DNA of 64,000 nucleotides from Holophagaceae bacterium. Lineage in GTDB: Bacteria; Acidobacteriota; Holophagae; Holophagales; Holophagaceae. The notes beneath the pieces were generated by a model that did not search any database, was not told where the DNA came from, and saw nothing but the letters and a program-made list of their open reading frames with translations. The DNA is taken from positions 1,682 to 65,681 of the forward strand of contig JBDIBF010000002.1 of the NCBI GenBank assembly GCA_039812765.1, written 5' to 3'. Position 1 is the stretch's first letter; each line of letters opens with the position of its first letter. The position numbers and the translations under genes are program-made. This document shows positions 30,684-39,164 of this stretch, piece by piece.

Positions 30684-31916
30684 ATGCGCCTGCTCCTGGT
30701 GGAGGACAAGGACAGCTTCCGGCGCCTGCTGGTGCAGGCCCTCGCGGACTCGCCCTGGACCGTCGAAGCCGTCGCGGACCCCGCCGAGGCCCTGCGCTCC
30801 CTGGCCGCCACCTCCCACGACGTGATGGTCACCGACCTGCGTCTGCCGTCCATGAGCGGGCTGGAGCTGATCCGCCAGGCCAAGCGCCTCCAGCCCGCCC
30901 TCCGGGTGGTGCTCATGAGCGCCTTCGGCGAGCCGAAGGACATCGTGGAGGCCATGCGCCTGGGCGCCGACGACTTCCTGCCCAAGCCCTTCGACCTCGA
31001 CGTCTTCCTCGCCCTGCTGGACCGCCTCCGGGCCCTGGTGGGGGCGCCGCCACCGGACCCCGGCGAACCCTGGGTGGCGCGCAGCCCCGCCATGCGCGCC
31101 CTGCAGTCGGGCCTCGAGGCCGCCGCCGACCTGCCGGCCCCGGCGATCTTCCTCGGCGAGCCGGCCACCGGGCGTTCGAGGGCCGCTCGGCGGCTCCACA
31201 CCCTGCGCACGCCCAAGGGGCCCTTCGTCAGGATTCCGGCGACGGACCTCGGAGCCCTGGGGCCCGACCTGAGGCTTCTGCGGCTGGCGGAGGGCGGGAG
31301 CCTGCTCCTGACCGGCCTGGAGGCCCTCCAGGGCGAGGGCGCCGCCGCCCTGGCCTCGGCCATGGACGCCACCGGGGAACGGGACCTCCGCTGGCTCGCC
31401 ACCGCCACGGCGGAACGGGACCTCGCGCTCCCCCTCGCGGGCCGCTTCGGCGCCTTGACCTTCACCTGCCCCCCTCTGAAGGAGCGCCTCGAGGACCTTG
31501 TCCCGCTCTTCACGGCCTTCCTCCAGGCGGCCGCGCGCGTCGCGGGAAGGCCGGAGCCCCGGGTGGACCGGGCCGTGGAGCGGGAACTCCCGGCCCGGGC
31601 CTGGCCGGGACAGCTGAAGGACCTTCAGGCCTGCGCGGCCCGGGCCCTGGCGGAGTCGGAGGGCGCGATGGTGCGAAGGCTTCCGCCCGGAGGCGCTCCC
31701 TCCACGCCGCTGCAGGTGCCGTGGCCGGAACCGGGGGAGCTGGAAGAGATGACGCGGGCGGTGGGCCGGGCCGCGACGCCTGCCCTGCTGCGGCGGGCCC
31801 TGGAATCCCACGGGGGCGATCCCGCGCGGGCCGCGGCGGCTCTCGGGATCACCGTGCGGGTCCTCGGCTCGCGCTTGCGGGAGCACGGCATTTCCCTGGA
31901 GAATCAGGAGCCATGA
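30684..31916 (+). CDS. NtrC-type response regulator with degenerate (ATPase-dead) sigma-54 AAA+ module and Fis-type HTH
   Basis: Receiver (LLLVEDKD, DVMVTDLRLP, LPKPF). The central domain keeps the fold but Walker A is GEPATGRS, Walker B is GGSLLLTG and there is no GAFTGA. C-terminal HTH (GDPARAAAALGITVRVLGSRLRE). Confidence 0.8.
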   Translation: MRLLLVEDKDSFRRLLVQALADSPWTVEAVADPAEALRSLAATSHDVMVTDLRLPSMSGLELIRQAKRLQPALRVVLMSAFGEPKDIVEAMRLGADDFLPKPFDLDVFLALLDRLRALVGAPPPDPGEPWVARSPAMRALQSGLEAAADLPAPAIFLGEPATGRSRAARRLHTLRTPKGPFVRIPATDLGALGPDLRLLRLAEGGSLLLTGLEALQGEGAAALASAMDATGERDLRWLATATAERDLALPLAGRFGALTFTCPPLKERLEDLVPLFTAFLQAAARVAGRPEPRVDRAVERELPARAWPGQLKDLQACAARALAESEGAMVRRLPPGGAPSTPLQVPWPEPGELEEMTRAVGRAATPALLRRALESHGGDPARAAAALGITVRVLGSRLREHGISLENQEP

Positions 31917-32884
31917 CGGCGCCCTCGAACCTCGCCCTGAGCAGCCCCGAGCGCTCCGCCTATCTCCGCGCGCAGGTCCGACTCGGCCTCGACGCCCTCC
32001 AGGGGGTCGTGGTGGGCAAGGATGCGCAGGTGCGCCGGGCCCTGGCCACCCTGCTGTCCGGGGGGCACCTGCTGCTGGAGGACCTGCCCGGCGTCGGCAA
32101 GACCACGCTGGCCCGCGGCCTCTCCCGCCTCCTCGGCGGGACCTTCCAGCGCGTCCAGGGGACCAACGACCTGCTGCCTTCGGACCTCCTCGGGGTCCAC
32201 CTCTGGGACCCGGACGCGAAGGCCTTCCGATTCCAGCCAGGACCGGTCTTCGCGAACGTCGTGCTCCTCGACGAGCTCAACCGCATCGGCCCCAAGACCC
32301 AGAGCGCCCTCCTGGAGGTGATGGTGGAGGGGCAGGTGAGCCTCGAGCGGGAGACCCACGTGCTGCCCGACCCCTTCTTCGTGGTGGCGACCCAGAACCC
32401 CCTCGACCACGCGGGCACCTTCCCCCTCCCCGAGAGCCAGCTCGACCGCTTCGCCTGCGTGCTCCACCTCGGCTACCCCGACCGGGAGGCCGAGCGCCTC
32501 GTGCTCACCGGCCGCGCGGGCGCGCGCCGCCTGGACGCCCTCGAGCCGGTGCTGGACCTCACGGCCTGGAGGCTCGCGCGGGCGGACGTGCATGGGGTGA
32601 AGGTCGCCGACCCGGTGCTGGACTACATCGCCCGGCTGGTGGCGCGGGTCCGGGACGAAGGCGGCTTCTGCTCCACCCGGGCCGCCCAGCACTGGATCGC
32701 CCTCGCCAAGGCGGAAGCCTGGCTGGACGGCCGGGACTTCCTCACCCCGGATGACCTGCAGGCCTGCTTCGCCGACGCGATGGCCCACCGGGGCACCCTC
32801 GACGACCGCCGGCTGAGCCGCAGCGATCGGCGGGACCACCTCCTCAGGGCCCTCGCGGACATCCCGGTGGGCTGGAAGCCCTGA
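31913..32884 (+). CDS. MoxR-family AAA+ ATPase
   Basis: ATG 31913 overlaps the regulator stop (ATGA). HLLLEDLPGVGKTTLAR, VLLDELNR, ATQNPLDHAGTFPLPESQLDRF. Confidence 0.9.
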   Translation: MTAPSNLALSSPERSAYLRAQVRLGLDALQGVVVGKDAQVRRALATLLSGGHLLLEDLPGVGKTTLARGLSRLLGGTFQRVQGTNDLLPSDLLGVHLWDPDAKAFRFQPGPVFANVVLLDELNRIGPKTQSALLEVMVEGQVSLERETHVLPDPFFVVATQNPLDHAGTFPLPESQLDRFACVLHLGYPDREAERLVLTGRAGARRLDALEPVLDLTAWRLARADVHGVKVADPVLDYIARLVARVRDEGGFCSTRAAQHWIALAKAEAWLDGRDFLTPDDLQACFADAMAHRGTLDDRRLSRSDRRDHLLRALADIPVGWKP

Positions 32885-32891
32885 GGCCCGC

Positions 32892-33695
32892 GTGGACGCC
32901 ACGGGCCTCGGGGATCTGCTGCGCCGCGCGAGGGCCGCGAGAGGGCTCTCGGCCGAGATGCTCGCCCGCGACCTGAACCTGGCGCCCCATGTCCTCCTCA
33001 AGCTCGAGTCAGAGGCCTGGGACGCGCTGCCCGCGGGGCAGGCCCGGCCCCTGGTCCGGCAGGTGGCCCGGCGCCTCGACGTGGACCTGGACGCCCACCG
33101 CGAGGCGTTCGAGCGGCTTCCGGGCGCGGCGGAATCCGAGGCGCCGGACCCGCGGGACGAGCGCCTGGAACGCCTCATCATGGGCGCGCTCACCGTGGGC
33201 AGCGCGGGGCTCCTGGCGTGGCTCGTCATCCCCGGTCGCGACCTCCGCCGGGGCGCCCTTGGCGCGCGGGCCTCGGAGGCGGCGCCCGGGCCCCCCCAGG
33301 CCCGCCCGGACGCGGTGGAACACCAGGCCTATCCCGTGCTGGGCGAAGTGCTTCCCGAGGCGCCGCGCACGGAGGAGGGGACCCTCGTGAGCGTGCGGGT
33401 GCTCGACGCCTGCACCGCCACCCTCGTCAGCGAGGGCCAATCGCGGAGCCGCGAACTGCGGGTGAGCGAGCCCTGGCTGCTGAGGGTGAAGGGAACCTTC
33501 ACCCTCACCCTCGACAACGCAGGCGTCGCCACCGTGGAGGTCGGCGGACGCCGCATCCGCCATGGCCACAGCGTGGGCGAATCCTGGACCGGCCGCTTCG
33601 GGGCCGACGGCCAGTGGCTGCGGACGGCGCCCCCCATCCCCGAGGTGGCCACGGGGCCGGAGACCGAGGCGGGGCCGGCGGCGGAGAAGGAATAG
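32892..33695 (+). CDS. RodZ-like protein (HTH - TM - DUF4115-like C-terminal domain)
   Basis: GTG start 7 nt after the moxR stop. XRE-type HTH (LGDLLRRARAARGLSAEMLARDL), one TM (IMGALTVGSAGLLAWLVI) and a beta-rich C-terminal domain. Confidence 0.7.
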   Translation: MDATGLGDLLRRARAARGLSAEMLARDLNLAPHVLLKLESEAWDALPAGQARPLVRQVARRLDVDLDAHREAFERLPGAAESEAPDPRDERLERLIMGALTVGSAGLLAWLVIPGRDLRRGALGARASEAAPGPPQARPDAVEHQAYPVLGEVLPEAPRTEEGTLVSVRVLDACTATLVSEGQSRSRELRVSEPWLLRVKGTFTLTLDNAGVATVEVGGRRIRHGHSVGESWTGRFGADGQWLRTAPPIPEVATGPETEAGPAAEKE

Positions 33696-33733
33696 CCCGG
33701 AGGCGCGGCCGCCCCCGGGGCTAGAATGCCCCC

Positions 33734-34807
33734 ATGCACCCGCTCGTCGAACGCTTCCTCCAGAACCAGCTTCCGGAGCCGATGGTCGCCGCCCTGCTGG
33801 GCGGCGGGCTGCCGGTGCCGCCCCTCGACCTCGTCCAGGCCCAGGCCCACGCCTGGCTCACGGATTCGCCCCACAAGGACAAGGCCCTGGACGGATTCCT
33901 CTCCCTCCCGGAGAGCGTGGTGGACGGCATCCTCGAACACGAGATCGCCCCGCCGGGGCCCCTTGGCCTGATCCTCCGCTACCGCACCGAGCACGCCCTG
34001 CTTGAGCGGGCGCTGCTCCACGGGGACCTCACCGCCGAGGTCCTGGAGCCCTGCATCGCCTCGCTCCCGGGGGACCTCCTCGAGATCCCGTTGAACAACC
34101 AGGTGCTGTGGATGCAGCGCCCCCGCATCCTCGACGAGCTCGAGCTGCACCCGGCCGCCTCCTACAACCTCAAGCGGAAGGTCAACGAGTTCCGCTTCGA
34201 CGTGCTGAAGATCGGCAACGAGGAGGTCGTCAAGGAGCGGCTCGAGATCCTCGACGAGGTGGAGGGCGGCCGGCTGGACGCGGCCTGGGCCGAGCTGCCC
34301 ATGCCCGAGGCCGGCGCCGACGACGAATCCGAGGAAGTGCTCCGGGAGCGCTACACCAAGCCCCTCCAGGACTTCGACGGGCAGGACATCAGCCTGACGC
34401 TCACCCAGCGCGTGATGCGCCTGCGCACGAACCAGAAGATCATGCTGGCCCAGAAGGGCGGCAAGGAGGAGCGCACCATCCTCATCCGGGAGGCCAACCG
34501 GCTCATCCAGGTCGGCGTCATCCGCAACGCCCGCATCACCGACGGCGAGGTCGCCTACATCGCCCAGATGCGCAGCATCAACGAAGAAGTGCTCCGGATC
34601 ATCACCCTGAACCGGGAATGGATGAAGAAGTACGCCATCGTGAAGGCCCTCGTGCTCAACCCGAGGACACCCCTCCCCCTCGCGATGCAGCACTACCGGC
34701 GTCTCCACGAGTCCGACCTCAAGCTCATGCAGCGCGACAAGAACATCGCCGAGATGCTCAGGCGCGAGGCGAAGAAGTGGCTGGAGACGATGGGGCAGAA
34801 GAAGTAG
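33734..34807 (+). CDS. conserved hypothetical helical-repeat protein
   Basis: 357 aa. The C-terminal half has repeated helical units (RNARITDGEVAYIAQMRSINEEVLRIITLNREWMKKYAIVKALVLNPRTPL) that I recall from uncharacterised proteins of Deltaproteobacteria and spirochaetes. Confidence 0.7.
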   Translation: MHPLVERFLQNQLPEPMVAALLGGGLPVPPLDLVQAQAHAWLTDSPHKDKALDGFLSLPESVVDGILEHEIAPPGPLGLILRYRTEHALLERALLHGDLTAEVLEPCIASLPGDLLEIPLNNQVLWMQRPRILDELELHPAASYNLKRKVNEFRFDVLKIGNEEVVKERLEILDEVEGGRLDAAWAELPMPEAGADDESEEVLRERYTKPLQDFDGQDISLTLTQRVMRLRTNQKIMLAQKGGKEERTILIREANRLIQVGVIRNARITDGEVAYIAQMRSINEEVLRIITLNREWMKKYAIVKALVLNPRTPLPLAMQHYRRLHESDLKLMQRDKNIAEMLRREAKKWLETMGQKK

Positions 34808-34832
34808 GCGCATCCTGCGCCTGACACCGGCC

Positions 34833-35545
34833 CGCCTGCGGACGCTTGCGCGTCCTGCGGCTGGCCCTACCGGCGCGCCGGCGCGGTTCGACCCCGCCCG
34901 CCCCCTCCAGAACGCTCGAAGCCCCCTTCCGGGGGCCTCTCAGTGGAGCGGGCGATCGGGATCCCCTCCGCGCTGCGCGCTGCGGGCCGCCGCCCGGCTG
35001 CGCCCGGGCCTCCGGCTCCGCCGGACCGCCTGCGGACGCTTGCGCGTCCTGCGGCTGGCCCTACCGGCGCGCCGGGGCGGTTCGATCCCGCACGCCCTCT
35101 CCAGAACGCTCGAAGCCCCCTTCCGGGGGCCTCTCACTGGAGCGGGCGATCGGGATCCCCTCCGCGCTGCGCGCTGCGGGCCGCCGCCCGGCTGCGCCCG
35201 GGCCTCCGGCTCCGCCGGACCGCCTGCGGACGCTCGCGCGTCCTGCGTCTGGCCCTACCGGCGCGCCGGCGCGGTTCGATCCCGCACGCCCCCTCCAGAA
35301 CGCTCGAAGCCCCCTTCCGGGGGCCTCTCACTGGAGCGGGCGATCGGGATCCCCTCCGCGCTGCGCGCTGCGGGCCGCCGCCCGGCTGCGCCCGGGCCTC
35401 CGGCTCCGCCGGACCGCCTGCGGACGCTCGCGCGTCCTACGTCTGGCCCTACCGGCGCGCCGGGGCGGTTCGATCCCGCACGCCCCCTCCAGAACGCTCG
35501 AAGCCCCCTTCCGGGGGCCTCTCACTGGAGCGGGCGATCGGGATC
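34833..35545. repeat. 194-bp tandem repeat, 3.7 copies, abutting and overlapping the 3' end of tRNA-Gly
   Basis: Units start at 34833, 35027, 35221 and 35415. Copies are more than 94% identical. Each contains TGGAGCGGGCGATCGGGATC (the tRNA 3' end on the minus strand) at 34944, 35138, 35332 and 35526. Confidence 0.95.
35503..35518 (-). terminator. hairpin GCCCCC-GGAA-GGGGGC immediately 3' of tRNA-Gly (repeated in every 194-bp unit)
   Basis: 6-bp GC stem 8 nt after the tRNA CCA end, followed by UUCGAGCGUUC on the minus strand. Confidence 0.55.
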
Positions 35546-35600
35546 GAACCGACGACGTTCAGCTTGGGAAGCTGACATTCTGCCACTGAATTACGCCCGC
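35526..35600 (-). tRNA. tRNA-Gly (anticodon CCC), CCA encoded
   Basis: Reverse complement GCGGGCG-TA-ATTCAGTGGCAGAAT-G-TCAGC-TTCCCAA-GCTGA-ACGTC-GTCGG-TTCGATC-CCGAT-CGCCCGC-T-CCA folds as a 75-nt cloverleaf, with U73 typical of glycine. Confidence 0.93.
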
Positions 35601-35615
35601 AGAACGAGCCTCATC

Positions 35616-36668
35616 CTACTTCGCCGCGCCGGGGCTGGCAAGGGCGGCGAGGCGTTCGAGGACGAAGGCCACCAGGGGCTCGGCGCCGACGACGTCCTGC
35701 TCGGCGATCCAGAGGGGCATCTGCAGAAGGCCGGCGGCGGAAGGGTCGAGCTTGACGGCGTCCTTCTCGGTGCACACCAGGGCCCGGGCGCCGGCGCGCG
35801 CGGCCTGCAGCTGCGCGAGCATGAGGCGGCGGGGCGTGAGCGCGGCGTGGTCCGGGAAGGCCAGGGTGTCCACCCAGGGCAGGCCGGCCACCAGGAGGTC
35901 GGCGAAGAAGGCCTCGGGATGCCCGAGCCCGCAGAAGGCGAAGAGCGGCTCGAAGCCCGGGGCGGGAAGGGGCAGGCGCAGCTCCCCGTTCCAGAGCCTC
36001 AGGGCGCCGATGCGGAAGTCCACGTAGAAGACCGGGCCTCCGGAGCCGTGCTTCGCCCACCAGGCCTCCACCTCGTCCCTCGGCGCGCGGCCTCCCCGCG
36101 TCACCACCAGCGCGTGGGCCCGGCGGGCCCCTTCCATGGGCTCCCGGAGGTCCCCCCGGGGCAGCATGCGCCCGTCCCCCCAGCGCCGCACGCCGTCCAG
36201 GAGCAGCAGGTCCAGGTCCCGGTGAAGGCCCCGATGCTGGAATCCGTCGTCCAGCAGCAGCACGCCGGGGCGCGGCTCCAGGCGCAGGGCCCGCTGGGCG
36301 CCCACGGCCCGGCGCCGGGCCACCACCACGCGGCCGGGCCCGAGGCGGCGGGCCATCAGCGCGGGCTCGTCCCCCGCCTCCCGCGGTGAAGAGGCCGGAA
36401 GGACCTCCATGGGATCCAGCTTCCGCCGCCCTCCGTAGCCCCGGCTCACGACGGCGCTGGGCCATCCGGCGGACTGGAGGGCCTGGGCGAGGTGGAGGGC
36501 CAGGGGCGTCTTCCCCGTCCCCCCGGTGCTCAGGTTGCCGAGGGAGACCACGGGGACCTCCACCCGCGCCGAACGCTCGGGATGCTGGTCGAAGGCCCGG
36601 TTGCGGGCCTTCACCACCGCCGCGTAGAGGGGCCCCAGGGGCGCGGCGAGGGTGCGGAGGAGGGACAT
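35616..36668 (-). CDS. lpxK: tetraacyldisaccharide 4'-kinase
   Basis: VPVVSLGNLSTGGTGKTP P-loop and LpxK-like length (350 aa). Confidence 0.9.
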   Translation of the reverse strand: MSLLRTLAAPLGPLYAAVVKARNRAFDQHPERSARVEVPVVSLGNLSTGGTGKTPLALHLAQALQSAGWPSAVVSRGYGGRRKLDPMEVLPASSPREAGDEPALMARRLGPGRVVVARRRAVGAQRALRLEPRPGVLLLDDGFQHRGLHRDLDLLLLDGVRRWGDGRMLPRGDLREPMEGARRAHALVVTRGGRAPRDEVEAWWAKHGSGGPVFYVDFRIGALRLWNGELRLPLPAPGFEPLFAFCGLGHPEAFFADLLVAGLPWVDTLAFPDHAALTPRRLMLAQLQAARAGARALVCTEKDAVKLDPSAAGLLQMPLWIAEQDVVGAEPLVAFVLERLAALASPGAAK

Positions 36669-36732
36669 CCCTTGACGCTAGCAGCCCCTGGCCGCCGACG
36701 TGCCGGGGGGCCGGAGCCGCTATCCTCGAGGC

Positions 36733-37251
36733 ATGTCCGAAGGCATCCTCCTTCCGGTCCTGCCGCGCGGCGTCCTCCTCCCCGAGGCCGAGCGCCTCGC
36801 CCGTCTGGACGAGGCCCTGCCCCAGATCCGCGCCGCGGTGGAGGGCGAGACCGACGAGGTGGCCCTCCAGGCCACCCTGGCCTGCCTCCTCTGGCACACC
36901 CTGCCGCAGGCCAACTGGTGCGGCTTCTACCGCCGCGTCGGCGAGCGGATGATGGCCGTCGGCCCCTACCAGGGCGGCATGGGCTGCCTGCGCATCCCCT
37001 TCGAGCGCGGGGTCTGCGGCGCCTGCGCCCGTACGGAACGCCGTCAGCTCGTGCCCGACGTCCAGGCCTTCCCCGGCCACATCGCCTGCGACGACGCCAC
37101 CCGCAGCGAACTGGTGCTGCCGGTGTGGAACCGGGCGGGCCGGCTGATCGGGGTGCTGGACCTGGACTGCCCGCTCCCGGCGGGCTTCTGCGGAGGCGAG
37201 GCGGACCGGCTGCAGGCTTTGCTGGACGGGATTTTCCGTGTGCTGGACTGA
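36733..37251 (+). CDS. msrC: GAF-domain free methionine-(R)-sulfoxide reductase
   Basis: Start at internal ATG 36733. WCGFYRR, GPYQGGMGCLRIPFERGVCGACA and DVQAFPGHIACDDATRSELVLPV match the fRMsr/YebR family. Confidence 0.8.
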   Translation: MSEGILLPVLPRGVLLPEAERLARLDEALPQIRAAVEGETDEVALQATLACLLWHTLPQANWCGFYRRVGERMMAVGPYQGGMGCLRIPFERGVCGACARTERRQLVPDVQAFPGHIACDDATRSELVLPVWNRAGRLIGVLDLDCPLPAGFCGGEADRLQALLDGIFRVLD

Positions 37252-37328
37252 GGCGGGCCTTGGATTTCCGCCCAGGACATTCCCCGGATCGCCGGGCTCC
37301 GGTATGGTAGGAGCACCCTAGGTTGCCC

Positions 37329-38066
37329 ATGGCTGATTCCTCCTTCATTGACCAGAGCAAGCTCCGCTTCAAGGAAGGGGAGATCGTCTACCGCAAAGGC
37401 GAGATGGCGCAGCAGATGTACGTCATCCTCTCGGGCAAGGTGCGGATCTATGTGGGCGACGAGCCCAAGGGCGACTGGACCGAGGAGCTGATGAAGGGCG
37501 ACTTCTTCGGGGAGGGCAGCCTGCTGGAGGCCATCGCCCGGCCCGCCACGGCGGTGGCCCTGGAGGACAGCGAGCTCATCGCCATCAACCGGGGCACCTT
37601 CCTCCGGATGATCCGCCAGAACCCGGAAGTCTCGGTGAAGATGATGCAGCGGCTGGCCCAGCGGAACCGCGAGCTCGGCCTGAAGGTGGAGCGCGGCGAG
37701 GGCGCCGCGCCCTCCACCCCCAAGGCCAAGGCCGAGGCCGCCCCGGTGCAGCCCAGCCTCGTCTCCGTCATCTCCGGCAAGAAGTTCCCCATCCGGGCCC
37801 ACGGCGCCCTGGTGGGCCGCTTCGACCCCAACACCGGCATCCACCCCGACATCGACCTGACCGAGGAGGATCCCAACCTCAGCGTCTCCCGCCGCCACGC
37901 GCGCATCCTGTGCGAACACGGCCGCTACTTCATCATCGAGGAGCAGGGGGTCGCCAACGGGACCTACATCAAGGGGGAGCGCCTCGCCCCGGGGGATGCC
38001 CGCGAGCTCCACAACGGCGACCGGGTGGGGTTCGGGATGGTCGTCCTCTTCTTCGAGAAGGGCTGA
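37329..38066 (+). CDS. cyclic-nucleotide-binding domain - FHA domain fusion protein
   Basis: N-terminal cNMP-binding motif (FKEGEIVYRKGE, GDFFGEGSLL, RPATAVA), Ala/Pro linker, C-terminal FHA (VSRRHARILCEHGRYFIIEEQGVANGTYIKGERL). Confidence 0.85.
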   Translation: MADSSFIDQSKLRFKEGEIVYRKGEMAQQMYVILSGKVRIYVGDEPKGDWTEELMKGDFFGEGSLLEAIARPATAVALEDSELIAINRGTFLRMIRQNPEVSVKMMQRLAQRNRELGLKVERGEGAAPSTPKAKAEAAPVQPSLVSVISGKKFPIRAHGALVGRFDPNTGIHPDIDLTEEDPNLSVSRRHARILCEHGRYFIIEEQGVANGTYIKGERLAPGDARELHNGDRVGFGMVVLFFEKG

Positions 38067-38095
38067 GCAGCGGCCATTCCCGCTAGGATGGGCGC

Positions 38096-38932
38096 ATGGC
38101 CTCCTTCGACGACGTGCGGACAGCGGCGGAGCACCTCCGGCTCCGGCACGAGACGCGCCGTGCGCCCCTGGCGGGCCTCATTGTCCTGCTCTTCGCGGCC
38201 TCGGCCTCCTACGCCTACCGCCAGGCGGACGCCCGCTGGTGGACCCCCGCGCTCGTGCTCTCGCTGGCCCTCGGCCCCTGGCTGCTGGACAAGGTCCTGC
38301 CGCCCCGGCATGCGGGCTTCCTCCGCCTGAGCCTCGCGGCCTATCCGCTGAACATCCTGCTGCTGGCCTTCATCGCCTACCGCGAGTTCTGGCGGGTGGA
38401 CATCCCCTTCCTGGAGGACGTGCCCCAGCTCAGCAACGCCCTGGACTGGACGGCGCCCCTCGTCCCCTTCGTCTATGCCTACCTCCAGTTCCCAGGCTGG
38501 CTCGCGCGGATCCGCCTGCTGCCGCGGCTGAAGGCCCTGGCCATGCTGCCGCCGGACCCCCTGGTGGCGAAGGAGGTCGAGGAGCTCACGGAGAAGGCGG
38601 TCCACGACCAGCCCAGCGGCTTCGCCAACCCCGCCCGCTTCCGCACGGTGCCGGCGACGCCCTCCAACTGGAAGCTCTTCCTCAAGCCCGACCTGCGGCG
38701 GCACGGGGTCTGGAAGGTGGCCTTCACGCCCACCTACGCCGTCGTCTGCTTCGAGGACGGGGGCAGGCTGGAGGCGGTGAAGCGCGGCGGCCTCAGGATC
38801 GTGGCGGAGGATCTCCGCCCCGGCGAGGCCACGGCCTCCTGCCTCGTGCGCTGGAACGACAACCTCAGCGAGGGCCGCGTGGACCCCGACAGCCTCAAGC
38901 GCATCCAGGGCTGGAACCAGGTCCAGGTGTAG
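38096..38932 (+). CDS. hypothetical membrane protein
   Basis: 278 aa. About four N-terminal TM helices and a soluble C-terminal domain. High GC3. No family recognised. Confidence 0.6.
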   Translation: MASFDDVRTAAEHLRLRHETRRAPLAGLIVLLFAASASYAYRQADARWWTPALVLSLALGPWLLDKVLPPRHAGFLRLSLAAYPLNILLLAFIAYREFWRVDIPFLEDVPQLSNALDWTAPLVPFVYAYLQFPGWLARIRLLPRLKALAMLPPDPLVAKEVEELTEKAVHDQPSGFANPARFRTVPATPSNWKLFLKPDLRRHGVWKVAFTPTYAVVCFEDGGRLEAVKRGGLRIVAEDLRPGEATASCLVRWNDNLSEGRVDPDSLKRIQGWNQVQV

Positions 38933-38936
38933 GCCC

Positions 38937-39164
38937 ATGGAGTCCCAGCGCGTGGAGGTGTGGCGGGACGAGTCCGGGGACGAGCGGGAACTGGTGCTCC
39001 CGGGCTTCGACGGCATCGGCGGCGCCTGCGTCGTGCGGGCGCGCAACACCCTCGACGCGATGGACGGGGACGTCCGGGAGGGCTACGCGGTCCTCGCCCG
39101 TTTCGGCGATCCCGAGGACGGCCGAGCCTGGCTCCATCAGGAGGGGTTCGACCCGGTGGGCTGA
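38937..39164 (+). CDS. small hypothetical protein (75 aa)
   Basis: ATG 4 nt after the upstream stop. Strong third-position GC bias, acidic. No family recognised. Confidence 0.45.
   Translation: MESQRVEVWRDESGDERELVLPGFDGIGGACVVRARNTLDAMDGDVREGYAVLARFGDPEDGRAWLHQEGFDPVG

Noticed and set aside
35076-35103. A second, plus-strand tRNA gene inside each 194-bp unit
   Set aside because: Only a T-arm-like, acceptor and CCA segment is present. The upstream 50 nt cannot form the complementary acceptor strand, D arm or anticodon arm, and the T-stem has a mismatch. It is a remnant, not a gene.
34846-35589. Several 65-250-aa ORFs on both strands across the 194-bp tandem repeats
   Set aside because: Their openness and apparent internal repeats simply reflect the DNA repeat. 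The translations are Arg/Pro/Ala low complexity with no start or RBS context.
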